Notes: generated by a model from the sequence alone, not told the origin. DNA of 64,000 bases from an uncultured delta proteobacterium (GCA_963724765.1 CAVRVY010000004.1:1088001-1152000), one strand, 5' to 3'. Shown: positions 10,503-19,363, counted from the first letter of the stretch. Numbers and translations are program-made.

Positions 10503-10817
10503 ATGAGACAGCTTTTTTCAAAGTCGGAACGGCGAGCCCTCAGTTCGGTTCTGGCCGTCCTCATCGTGTTGGCCAGCCTTCCATTGACCGCTGGCGTCGT
10601 CATCGCTTTCGGATCGAGCCAACCGGAATTCACCGTCAACATTTGCCAGCCAATCCAAGCGTTAGATCACGTGTCGAACACCATGGTTGCTCGCCCGGCT
10701 GCGGTCCTACGCGAGTTCGTGCCCTGTGATCTGGGTTCGGTCACGGCAGAGCCAACCGTTCGAATGATCGAGTGTCCAGCAACACCCGATACCCCACCCC
10801 CCAGGCAATCCGTCTAA
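10503..10817 (+). CDS. Small exported/TM protein with Cys residues and a Pro-rich C-terminus (DUF2946/CutF-like leader appearance)
   Basis: TM segment VLAVLIVLASLPLTAGVVI, 3 Cys, ends PATPDTPPPRQSV. First ORF of the Cys-rich operon. Confidence 0.6.
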   Translation: MRQLFSKSERRALSSVLAVLIVLASLPLTAGVVIAFGSSQPEFTVNICQPIQALDHVSNTMVARPAAVLREFVPCDLGSVTAEPTVRMIECPATPDTPPPRQSV

Positions 10818-10926
10818 CAGCGTTCCTGCAAGCAACAGGCTTCTTGATTTGATTCGTGACGCCGCAGGCGTCGGGAGTCGAGCTTTCGTCAAGGCGGTCA
10901 CCTCAATGAGCCGCCGGAGAATATGT

Positions 10927-11940
10927 ATGAAATGGATTGGAGCGACTGCGCTCTCGTCGCTAACGGATACGCGTGTGCCCAATTTTTGGCGCAGGGCCGG
11001 ACGTCTGCTGATCGCGGCCGTCCTGCTCATTAGCCTGGCGCCGAGGCTCGCCTGGGCCTGCGCTTGCGGATGCGGTGTTTTCGACGTTGGCACCCCCTCG
11101 CTCTTTCCTGCTGGTGCGGGAGGCACGGTGTGGCTCGAGTACGATTTCATGAATCAGTACATTAACTGGCACGCGACCGGGCCATCCTCTGGCATCAACA
11201 ATAGCGATAAACAAATCAAAACAGATTTTCTAACCGCGGGCGGTCAATACATGTTCAATCGGAGTTTCGGGTTAATGGTGACCGTCCCCTATACGATCAG
11301 GACGTTCAGGACGCAGGGCACCGGCGACGAGATCGACCAGTACAACCATGCCAATTTTGGCGACGTGCGCATTTGGGGCATGTACACGGGACTACAAGAG
11401 GACATGTCGCTCGGATTGTTAGCCGGATTCAAGCTACCAACCGGTGACCACACCTATAACGACTTTGATCGCGACACCTCGATTGGAACGGGAAGCACAG
11501 ACCTTCTGCTCGGCGCCTTTAAGCAGGGAACCTTCCCCAGCCGGATCGGGAACGCCAAGCTGACTTTTCTAGATCGCCCTTTTTATTATTTTGCACAGGT
11601 CCAGTACGAATATCCATTTGCGAGTACAGGAAACTACACCCCGGGCAAGGAATTCGACGGCGCGGTGGGCACCTACTACAACTTCGGCCAGGTCGGGCCG
11701 CTCAAAGAACTCGCTCCGATGCTTACGGTTCTCGCGTCGGTCCGTGGGCATGATATGGGCTCGGAAGCGGACCCTCCAGACAGCGGTTACGATCGTGTGC
11801 TGCTCGCCCCTGGGGGCGAAATCAGACTCGGAGTTCTCAGATTCTATGCCGATGTCGAATTTCCGATTTTCCAATTCGTGAACGGATACCAGTTGACCAC
11901 TCCATATCTGATCAAAACGATTTTCAGCTACGATTTCTGA
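10927..11940 (+). CDS. Outer-membrane beta-barrel transporter (MetA-pathway/SphA-like porin appearance) with N-terminal CACGC motif
   Basis: Signal peptide ending AWA|CACGC, alternating beta strands, GFKLPTG and GTGSTD motifs, C-terminal Phe (FSYDF). Start is uncertain. Confidence 0.75.
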   Translation: MKWIGATALSSLTDTRVPNFWRRAGRLLIAAVLLISLAPRLAWACACGCGVFDVGTPSLFPAGAGGTVWLEYDFMNQYINWHATGPSSGINNSDKQIKTDFLTAGGQYMFNRSFGLMVTVPYTIRTFRTQGTGDEIDQYNHANFGDVRIWGMYTGLQEDMSLGLLAGFKLPTGDHTYNDFDRDTSIGTGSTDLLLGAFKQGTFPSRIGNAKLTFLDRPFYYFAQVQYEYPFASTGNYTPGKEFDGAVGTYYNFGQVGPLKELAPMLTVLASVRGHDMGSEADPPDSGYDRVLLAPGGEIRLGVLRFYADVEFPIFQFVNGYQLTTPYLIKTIFSYDF

Positions 11941-11949
11941 GGATATGGC

Positions 11950-12513
11950 TTGAAAATGCGCCCAACCTTCTCAGTGCTCGCATTTTTGGTGATGATCCTG
12001 GCGATCGTGCCTGCCTTTAGCGCGCTCGCCGCCGGCGAGGTTGGCCAGGCAGCACCGGCACTCGTGGTTCAGGAGCTAAGTGGTCAGAATTTCGACCTCG
12101 CAGCACTGCGCGGCAAGGTCGTAATCGTCAACTTCTGGGCCACGTGGTGTCCGCCCTGCCGTGAGGAAATGCCTACCCTGGATGCATTCTACCGGCGTTA
12201 TCACGGTGAGGGGCTGGAGATGATCGGTCTGAGCGCCGACCGCCCGCATGATCGATCCGACGTAATAAAGATGATGCAATCGTTCAGCTATCCGGCGGCG
12301 ATGTTGGACGACGCCAAAGTCAACGGGTTCGGCGGCCCCAACGCGTTGCCCGTGACATTTATTATCGATGGCAAGGGAATGGTTCGCGCCAGGCTTACGC
12401 CCGATGAAACGCGAGTGACGGAGAAAACCCTCGATAGCGTGGTACTTCCGTTGCTCCATCAGAAAGCCGCGGCACAAACTTCATCGGTTAAGAATTCGAC
12501 CGGGAACCCTTAG
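11950..12513 (+). CDS. TlpA/ResA-family thiol-disulfide oxidoreductase, exported
   Basis: VNFWATWCPPCREEMP and LPVTFIID motifs plus a signal peptide. Confidence 0.92.
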   Translation: MKMRPTFSVLAFLVMILAIVPAFSALAAGEVGQAAPALVVQELSGQNFDLAALRGKVVIVNFWATWCPPCREEMPTLDAFYRRYHGEGLEMIGLSADRPHDRSDVIKMMQSFSYPAAMLDDAKVNGFGGPNALPVTFIIDGKGMVRARLTPDETRVTEKTLDSVVLPLLHQKAAAQTSSVKNSTGNP

Positions 12514-12578
12514 TGCCGAGCACAAATGTTAGCGACCCGATGTGTGCCAGACGGGTGTATGATTTTTAAGTGATTCCA

Positions 12579-12968
12579 ATGAAGACGCTGATCCTCGCTG
12601 CTGCTGTACTGCTGACCGGATGCGCCACGACGAAGACCCCGCCATCCGACGTGGACGCGCGGGTCATGCTGCAGCAAAGGAAGAGTCACGAAATCGCCGT
12701 GCGCGAGCAGCAATGCATCGACGAAACAGAAACTCGTAGCAATGATCAGGTCGCGCGGATCGCGGCGGCTTCCGACCCCGATGAAGAAATGCTGATGCAG
12801 AAAGCGAACGATGAGCGAGATCGCGAACTTTACCAATGCAGGACGGCCGCAGATCGTGAAAATGATGAACTCACTTCCAGCGAACGTGCGCAATATCAGG
12901 ATGACGTGCAGGACGAACGCGATCGCAGCGCGCTGATGATGATTCTTACGACTTCGAGTCCGCGCTGA
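12579..12968 (+). CDS. Helical lipoprotein of unknown function
   Basis: Lipobox LLTG|C, charged coiled-coil body with two further Cys. Confidence 0.7.
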   Translation: MKTLILAAAVLLTGCATTKTPPSDVDARVMLQQRKSHEIAVREQQCIDETETRSNDQVARIAAASDPDEEMLMQKANDERDRELYQCRTAADRENDELTSSERAQYQDDVQDERDRSALMMILTTSSPR

Positions 12969-12988
12969 AGTCTATAAGGAGAAGTGCG

Positions 12989-13666
12989 ATGCATTCTCTG
13001 CGAACCGCAGCGCCGATCAGCATCAGCCTCTTCCTAACGATGCTGATTGTTCTCGCCGCCGCGGTGACTCTGATGGGTTGTCGTCCGCAGGCTCAGGATA
13101 TTGGGGAGCGTGGAGGATTCGCGATGCGCGATGCCTCTGACTGCTTGCCCGATATCACCTTAGTCGATCAGCATGGCCGCAACGTTTCTCTGGCCTCCTT
13201 GAAGGGGAAACCGGTGCTGTTCGATTTCATCTACACCTCCTGTCCCGGACCGTGCCTTCTGCTCACAGCACGAATGAAAAAGGTCGCAGACCGACTGGGA
13301 TCCAAACTTGGAACGGACGCTCGTATCGTGTCGATAACCGTTGACCCCGAACATGATCAGCCCAAGCAGCTTCTCGCATATGCAAGTGCCCAGGGCGCCA
13401 ATGTTAATGGCTGGCTGTTTTTGACGGGAACGCCCAAGCAGATCGAAGATGAGATGGCACGATTCAAGTTGATTCGCCAGCGTGAAGCCGATGGAACGGT
13501 CGATCATGTTCTCGAATTCTTCCTGGTTGATGCGAACGGTCGCGCGTTGCTGCAGTACATGGGCGAAAAAGCCGAACCGGATCAGGTGGCGAACGACGTA
13601 GAGCGGGCGGCGGCAGGTGAGTCGGTAACGGCTGGAGATGGCGCAAACGTAGCGGTTGCCCTTTAG
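12989..13666 (+). CDS. SCO1/SenC/PrrC copper chaperone, probable lipoprotein
   Basis: FIYTSCPGPC (CxxxC), SITVDPEHD and VDH His ligand. RBS AAGGAG. Confidence 0.92.
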   Translation: MHSLRTAAPISISLFLTMLIVLAAAVTLMGCRPQAQDIGERGGFAMRDASDCLPDITLVDQHGRNVSLASLKGKPVLFDFIYTSCPGPCLLLTARMKKVADRLGSKLGTDARIVSITVDPEHDQPKQLLAYASAQGANVNGWLFLTGTPKQIEDEMARFKLIRQREADGTVDHVLEFFLVDANGRALLQYMGEKAEPDQVANDVERAAAGESVTAGDGANVAVAL

Positions 13667-13677
13667 GAGGTGAGCGC

Positions 13678-14280
13678 ATGAAGTCGTCACGGGCATCCAT
13701 AGCATCGTTGATGGCTCTAGCGTGTGTCTCTGCCGCAGCGATTCTTGTCGCTCGAACGCACGCCCGCGGCCTGACCAGCTCTGCGCTGACAATCAGGGCG
13801 GTCGCGCATCAGTGGTGGTGGGAATTCGACTATCCGTCGCTCGGTATCAAGACCAGCGATGTTTTGTACGTTCCCAGCGCTACAAACGTTCGCCTGGAGC
13901 TTGCCTCCGCCGACGTGATCCACAGCTTCTGGATTGCCGGGATGAAGGAATCCGTAGACATTCTTCCAGGCAAGACGCACCCGCTTGATCTAGTCGTCAA
14001 CTCACCGGGCGAGCTCTATGGAAATTGCGACTCCGGTTGTGGCTGTGGAACTGTCTGCATGCGATTTCGCGTGCTGGCGAGCAGTCCCGGGAAATTCGAG
14101 CGATGGGTGGCGCGCGAGCGTTTGCTTCGCGCGGAGTTCAAGCCGCCGCCCAAGGTTGACGCACCAGCTTGCGCCTTGAATACCGGCTACCAGCGCCGCT
14201 TGGGCCACAATTTGCACGAGAGTCATTTGCAACGGTTGCTTAATGGAGACGAATCAACTGGCAAAAGCCCCTCGCACTGA
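13678..14280 (+). CDS. Orphan cytochrome c oxidase subunit II-like cupredoxin domain with atypical Cys-rich metal loop
   Basis: AHQWWWEFDYP and SADVIHSFWI motifs. GNCDSGCGCGTVCM replaces CxExCGxxHxxM. RBS AGGAGG. Confidence 0.85.
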   Translation: MKSSRASIASLMALACVSAAAILVARTHARGLTSSALTIRAVAHQWWWEFDYPSLGIKTSDVLYVPSATNVRLELASADVIHSFWIAGMKESVDILPGKTHPLDLVVNSPGELYGNCDSGCGCGTVCMRFRVLASSPGKFERWVARERLLRAEFKPPPKVDAPACALNTGYQRRLGHNLHESHLQRLLNGDESTGKSPSH

Positions 14281-14289
14281 TTTGCTCAA

Positions 14290-14862
14290 ATGACTTCGGC
14301 AGTGTCGGGGCGCCTGCCTCAAGCGAGGAGTTTCGGATCGCAGGTTCTGCGCGATCTCGGCGGCGTTGCAGTGCTCGCGCTCGTGGCCCTGGGGGTCGGA
14401 CTCGTGATGAACCGGGTCTCGTCGCAGCCGCTCCCGATCGTCTATCAGACGCCCGAACAGCGGTTCGACGCCGAGCTTACGACTCTGGTTGCGGCGCCGC
14501 CGTTTAAAATCGCGCCGGCGGCAACTGTCGGGCTCGAGGAATTCAGTTCGGCCGTCAAAAGCAAGAGCGCGCTCATCCTCGACGCGCGCCCGTCTGTCTT
14601 CTTCGAACAGGGACATGTGCCTGGCGCGCTCAATCTCTCTCGCGACCGCTTCGCGCATGATTATCGGCATCTTGCGTCCGTACTGAAGCCCGCCGTTGAT
14701 AAGCCGATCATCGTGTACTGCTCCGGCGGCGACTGCCATGATAGCCGGCTGGTCGCGAACGCCATGCTGAGCCTCGGCTTCAGCAACGTCAGCGTGTTTA
14801 CAGGCGGATGGGAGGCATGGTCGGCGGCTGGGCTGCCAATATCCAAAGGCACTCTGCGATGA
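14290..14862 (+). CDS. Membrane-anchored rhodanese-like protein
   Basis: N-terminal TM, ILDARP, GHVPGALNL, IIVYCSGGDCHDS and GGWEAW. Confidence 0.9.
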   Translation: MTSAVSGRLPQARSFGSQVLRDLGGVAVLALVALGVGLVMNRVSSQPLPIVYQTPEQRFDAELTTLVAAPPFKIAPAATVGLEEFSSAVKSKSALILDARPSVFFEQGHVPGALNLSRDRFAHDYRHLASVLKPAVDKPIIVYCSGGDCHDSRLVANAMLSLGFSNVSVFTGGWEAWSAAGLPISKGTLR

Positions 14863-15311
14863 TGGTTCCCCAGGATGCGCGCCGGGACTACATCGTGCTC
14901 GGAGCCAGCCTCGCCCTAGGCGCCATATTTGTTTATGCGGGCATCGACAAGATACACGACCCGCTGCAGTTCGCTGACAGCATCGCTGCGTTCGGTATCC
15001 TGCCGGCGGCGTTCATTAGTTTGCTCGCGTTGAGTCTGCCGCCATTCGAGATCGCATGCGGCCTCCTGTTGCTCTGGCCTCCAACCAGACGGGTCGGGGC
15101 GCTCGCGATAGCGCTCATCTCTGTAGTCTTTTTCTCGGCGCTGCTGTCTGCGCTGGTGCGAGGTTTAACGCTAGACTGCGGCTGCTTCGGGATCGGTCCG
15201 CCGTCGCGTCCGAGGATGTGGCTGGAGCTCGCGCTGAACGTGGTGTTTCTCTTGGGCGCGCTGTCCGTTTATCTGCGCTCGATAGTGCGAGTGCAGGTGC
15301 GCGCGCCGTGA
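14859..15311 (+). CDS. MauE/DoxX-family membrane protein
   Basis: GAIFVYAGIDKI, EIACGLLLL and RGLTLDCGCFG motifs. ATGA overlap with the rhodanese gene. Confidence 0.88.
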   Translation: MMVPQDARRDYIVLGASLALGAIFVYAGIDKIHDPLQFADSIAAFGILPAAFISLLALSLPPFEIACGLLLLWPPTRRVGALAIALISVVFFSALLSALVRGLTLDCGCFGIGPPSRPRMWLELALNVVFLLGALSVYLRSIVRVQVRAP

Positions 15312-15422
15312 GCACGCCTGCAATCAAGGTATGACCAATACGGCCCCTCGGGAAGCTTCGCTACGGGCAGGCATTGCATCGGTTCAACGAGCGTCGGCCG
15401 TCCGCCATCTTATGGCGCCCCG

Positions 15423-17879
15423 CTAGTGGTTCAACGCAGGTAGCGGAATTGTCAGAGTGTCGTAGACCGTAATTCTCGGACCGTAGGCCGCCTGGAAGAT
15501 CCCGATCCCTTCGGCAGGCCTGATCAGGTTAGTCCGGTCGAGAATGTTGAGCAGCGTGATCCGGTCCGTAATTTCGCCGATGTGCGGCAACTGAAAGCTT
15601 CTTTGTCCGCTCAGGTCGATCTGAACGACGTTCGGCAGAGATTCCAAATCGGCGAAGCCCCCGCGCAATCCACTGCTATAGAGAGCATCAACGCTGAACA
15701 CATATGGTTTCCAGCGATAGGTAGCGCCGCCCGAGGCGCCGTAGAGCGGCTGATGATCGAGCACGATATAGTGTCGGTTGATGTACCCGAGCTCGTCGGG
15801 GTCGAAGTTAAACTCCCCGGTCGCCACTCCTTTCTGCATGTTCCTGCCGATCGTAGTACTGCCATGGATTGAGAGATTGTCGGCTTTATAAGTGACCGTG
15901 GTCTCCGTCCCCCAGATGTAGCCATGCCTATAGTTGAAGGGCGCGAAAATCGGCACATCTCCGAACTGGCCCGTATCGAGGTAATGGCCCGTGTATTCAT
16001 AAAACCCATCTTCCGAGATCGCGATGTGCTTCGTCAGTTGATGTACTATACCGGCATCTAACTCATAGTCGTCCTCGGTTTCGGGCGTGACGATTCCAGT
16101 GCCTGCCAAGCCGGTGGTTCCAGCAAACGCCGCGGGGGCGCCGGGCGAGATGCCTTGAAAGCTCGGCACCTGCATGTACCGAGCAAACCCGGCGTGGAGC
16201 GTGGTGTCGAGCCGTGGGACAAAGACCAGATTGACTGTCGGATCGATTTGATTGTTGTAAGTAAAGCCGCTCAAACGATCCCAGCGTACGCCAAAATTTG
16301 CTCGTAGCTTCTCGGTGATTTGCCAGGTGTCTTCCAGATAGATCCCGGACAATAGATTGATCTTGTTGGTATTGTTTATTACCCGAACGGGAAAGAAAGG
16401 AGGTCCAGTCTGATCGCCGGCCGCATCGACGTTGAACACCAGTGAGCTGTCGTCCGCCTCGACCGCGTATTCACCAAGATAGAAGCCCGCACCGAGCGTA
16501 CGTGCGCCAAGCTTGTAAGTCAGATCACCTTGAAGCGTGTTGTCGAAATCGCTGTGGAACGCGGTTGACGCCACTCCCTGATAGATGAGTTCGCCAATCC
16601 GATCGGGTTCGAATTTCTGCGAGATATAGTGGGTCGAATACGAGAGCTGGTAAGCAAGCCCGGGCTCAGGCGCTCCATTCAGTGCAAGAATGCCCAGATA
16701 GTCACGAAAGTTCAGAAATGAGTTGATATCGGCTGACGGAAAATTGCTCACGCCGGTTAGTTCGAACTCTGGTGCGAGGTTCGCTCGATTGGGTAACTGG
16801 TTGTTGCTCGCGGCGACCGAGGTAATGAGACTCAGCCGAGTGGTCGGAGTCAAGTTGTAGGCAAAGAAGCCGAATCCCTGACCCTGATTGGTATGGTCGT
16901 GAATCGCATCCGGCGCCGGGGTAGCGGAGCTGAACGCGGTGTTGCTCTGGCTATAGAGCCCGCTGATGTAATAGCTGAAGTTACCGTCGCAGCCGCCGTA
17001 CTGAAAGCTAGGCTGAACGGTATTCCGTTGCCCGCCGTACATGCTGACGCTACCGCCCGGTTGTTCGCACCCGTCCTTTGTTTGAATGTTCACCACACCG
17101 CCGGTGGCATAGCTGTAGCGCGACGGCAGAATCCCATCGAGCAGGCTCAGTTGCTTGATGAACATTGGATTGATCATGGAGAGAAAGGGCGGATTGGTAT
17201 TGATGTCGAGGGGGACCATGACTCCATTGATCTGGTACTGGAATTGAGGCCCTTCCGTGTTGCGTATGTGGATCTGCTGATTCTGGTCGATCGCGACGCC
17301 GGGCATCTGCGCCAGTACATCCGTGATCGTGGTGTTATCGCCGCGCGGTAAGTTGGAAATATCCTGTGCCGTTACGGTGTATCTGTTGGCGCCGGTGGTG
17401 GAGACGCCGTTTGGTGCGCGAATCTGGCTGGTCTGAACGGGAAGCGTCAGCGCCGTCTGTGCGCCAAGGGTAATCGAGATCGTCTTTCCGGCACTCTGTG
17501 GAAAGACAATAATCTTGTTTGCCGGCCTGAAGCCCGACTTTAGAGCTACCAGCGAGAAAACGCCCGGATTTGGTGGTGCGATTTTAAACCGTCCGTCTGC
17601 GCCGGTGGTGGCACGAGCGACGGCGTGGCCATGTTCGTCCTGCAATTCGAGGTTCACCTGAGCCAGAGGCCGGCCCAGCGCATCGGTGATCGTCCCGGAC
17701 ACTTGTTGCGCGGCGGCCAGACAGGGAGGTACAAGGCCAAGGACCAGCAGGCCCGCTAGTACCAAATGCCACATTCGCCAGGGCGTTTGCTCTGCCTTTC
17801 GGCTCGTTAGGAACCTCGACCGGGGTAATCGTACGGTCGCTGCTTCGTATTCGTGGACGCTTCGCTTTGAGACGTTCAT
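15423..17879 (-). CDS. TonB-dependent receptor with N-terminal carboxypeptidase-regulatory-like domain
   Basis: VSGTITDALGRPL, plug motifs (DVLAQMPGV, YQINGV, GGVVNIQTK) and barrel YLEDTWQITEKLRANFGVRWD. True start is likely 17879 or 17774, since the track start at 18020 runs through the Fur box. Confidence 0.9.
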   Translation of the reverse strand: MNVSKRSVHEYEAATVRLPRSRFLTSRKAEQTPWRMWHLVLAGLLVLGLVPPCLAAAQQVSGTITDALGRPLAQVNLELQDEHGHAVARATTGADGRFKIAPPNPGVFSLVALKSGFRPANKIIVFPQSAGKTISITLGAQTALTLPVQTSQIRAPNGVSTTGANRYTVTAQDISNLPRGDNTTITDVLAQMPGVAIDQNQQIHIRNTEGPQFQYQINGVMVPLDINTNPPFLSMINPMFIKQLSLLDGILPSRYSYATGGVVNIQTKDGCEQPGGSVSMYGGQRNTVQPSFQYGGCDGNFSYYISGLYSQSNTAFSSATPAPDAIHDHTNQGQGFGFFAYNLTPTTRLSLITSVAASNNQLPNRANLAPEFELTGVSNFPSADINSFLNFRDYLGILALNGAPEPGLAYQLSYSTHYISQKFEPDRIGELIYQGVASTAFHSDFDNTLQGDLTYKLGARTLGAGFYLGEYAVEADDSSLVFNVDAAGDQTGPPFFPVRVINNTNKINLLSGIYLEDTWQITEKLRANFGVRWDRLSGFTYNNQIDPTVNLVFVPRLDTTLHAGFARYMQVPSFQGISPGAPAAFAGTTGLAGTGIVTPETEDDYELDAGIVHQLTKHIAISEDGFYEYTGHYLDTGQFGDVPIFAPFNYRHGYIWGTETTVTYKADNLSIHGSTTIGRNMQKGVATGEFNFDPDELGYINRHYIVLDHQPLYGASGGATYRWKPYVFSVDALYSSGLRGGFADLESLPNVVQIDLSGQRSFQLPHIGEITDRITLLNILDRTNLIRPAEGIGIFQAAYGPRITVYDTLTIPLPALNH

Positions 17880-17991
17880 AACGCGTACTGACAATCCTCG
17901 GGGTGGCGCACCAGCCTCGCCTGCCGCGGACTTGGCGAGTGTCTCGGTACAGTTGTTGGGTTGGCTGACACGACGCTTAAGCCATGAAGCA

Positions 17992-18014
17992 ATATTGAGA
18001 ATGATTCTCAATAT
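17992..18014. promoter_or_regulatory. Fur-type operator (perfect 11-1-11 palindrome)
   Basis: ATATTGAGAAT-G-ATTCTCAATAT contains TGAGAATnATTCTCA and lies directly upstream of the TBDR. Confidence 0.8.
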
Positions 18015-18154
18015 CTGCATAAGCCTGATTTGTCAAATCTTCGGTACGTCGATGTGGCGAAGGCGCTGAACGTTACGCGCTGCGAGTTGCCCCGCCGGAC
18101 AAGAGCCACCAATCCAGCAGGACGAACGCGATCGCAGCGCGTTTATGACGATTC

Positions 18155-19363
18155 TTACGACTTCGAATCGACGCTGAAGAAATTTTCAGGCGGCGCGAAA
18201 ATCACGCGCTCCGTGTGGCGCGCGATCATCAAGTCCTCATTGGTCGGAATGACGCGCACCGTGCACAGACTGGCCGGCGCACTGATCGGATTCGCGCATG
18301 CGTCGTTGCGCTGCGGGTCCAGTTTGATCCCCATGTACTCAAGGCCGCGGCACACCTCGAGCCTGACAGGGGCGGCCCGCTCTCCGATACCGCCGGTAAA
18401 AACCAGCAGATCGAGGCCTCCGAGCACGGCCGCCAGCGCTCCGATTTGCTTGCGCACCTGGTAGCAGAACATCTCGATCGCCAGCGCGGCAGCCGGCTCC
18501 GCCGCCCTTTTTTCCAGCAGCATTTTCACGTCGGAGCTGATTGCCGAGACACCAAGCAGGCCCGACTCGTGATTGACGAGCCGCTCCAGGCGCCGGCCGT
18601 CATAGCCCTTCGCGTTGATGAGATAAACCATCAGCCCTGGATCCAGGTCGCCGCTTCGCGTGCCCATCATGAAGCCGCCGGTCGGCGTGAAGCCCATCGT
18701 GGTATCCACCGCGCGCCGCTCGCGCACGGCCGCCATGCTGGCGCCGTTTCCAAGGTGCGCGATTACGATGCGCGCGGGAGCCGCGGGGCCGAGCGCCTCC
18801 ATGATGTATTCGTAGGAGATCCCATGAAACCCGTAGCGCCAGATCCCCTCGTCCCACAACGCGCGAGGTAGCGCAAAACGACGCGCCACCTCGGGCATCT
18901 GCCGATGGAAGCCGGTATCGAAGCACGCCACCTGCGGGCGGCCTGGAAACCGCGAGGCCACGGTCTCGATTCCTTCGATCTCAGCCGGAAGATGGAGCGG
19001 CGCAAAGGGAATCAGGACTCGTAATGCGTCGATGAGCGCCGGCGTGACGCGCTCGGGAGTGAAGTGGTGCGGACCGCCATGGACCAGGCGATGGCCGATG
19101 GCGTCGGGCCGCGGCAGCCGCAGCCGATCCATCTCGTCGAAAAGCGCACCGGGGGCATCCGCCGATCGCGGGAAGCTCCGCGCGGCATCGCTGAGCGTTG
19201 TGCCCTGGCGATCGCGGATCCAAAGCCGCCCGCTGCCGAGTCCTATCCCTTCCGCCTCCCCTTCGGCGAGCAGTTCCTCTCCGTTCGTGGCAAGCCGATG
19301 GAGCGCAAACTTGTCGGAGGAAGATCCGCTGTTGAAGGAAAGTATGACGTGCGAAGCATCCAC
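18155..19363 (-). CDS. ackA: Acetate/propionate kinase
   Basis: NSGSSS, GHRLVHGG, APLH, FDTGFH, YGFHGISY, HLGNGAS, GTRSGDLDP, FTGGIGE and PTNED motifs. Confidence 0.93.
   Translation of the reverse strand: MDASHVILSFNSGSSSDKFALHRLATNGEELLAEGEAEGIGLGSGRLWIRDRQGTTLSDAARSFPRSADAPGALFDEMDRLRLPRPDAIGHRLVHGGPHHFTPERVTPALIDALRVLIPFAPLHLPAEIEGIETVASRFPGRPQVACFDTGFHRQMPEVARRFALPRALWDEGIWRYGFHGISYEYIMEALGPAAPARIVIAHLGNGASMAAVRERRAVDTTMGFTPTGGFMMGTRSGDLDPGLMVYLINAKGYDGRRLERLVNHESGLLGVSAISSDVKMLLEKRAAEPAAALAIEMFCYQVRKQIGALAAVLGGLDLLVFTGGIGERAAPVRLEVCRGLEYMGIKLDPQRNDACANPISAPASLCTVRVIPTNEDLMIARHTERVIFAPPENFFSVDSKS

Noticed and set aside
10927-15311. Selenocysteine (TGA) readthrough in the Cys-rich operon
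   Set aside because: All redox motifs use TGC/TGT, and the TGA codons fall at natural C-termini followed by the next gene.
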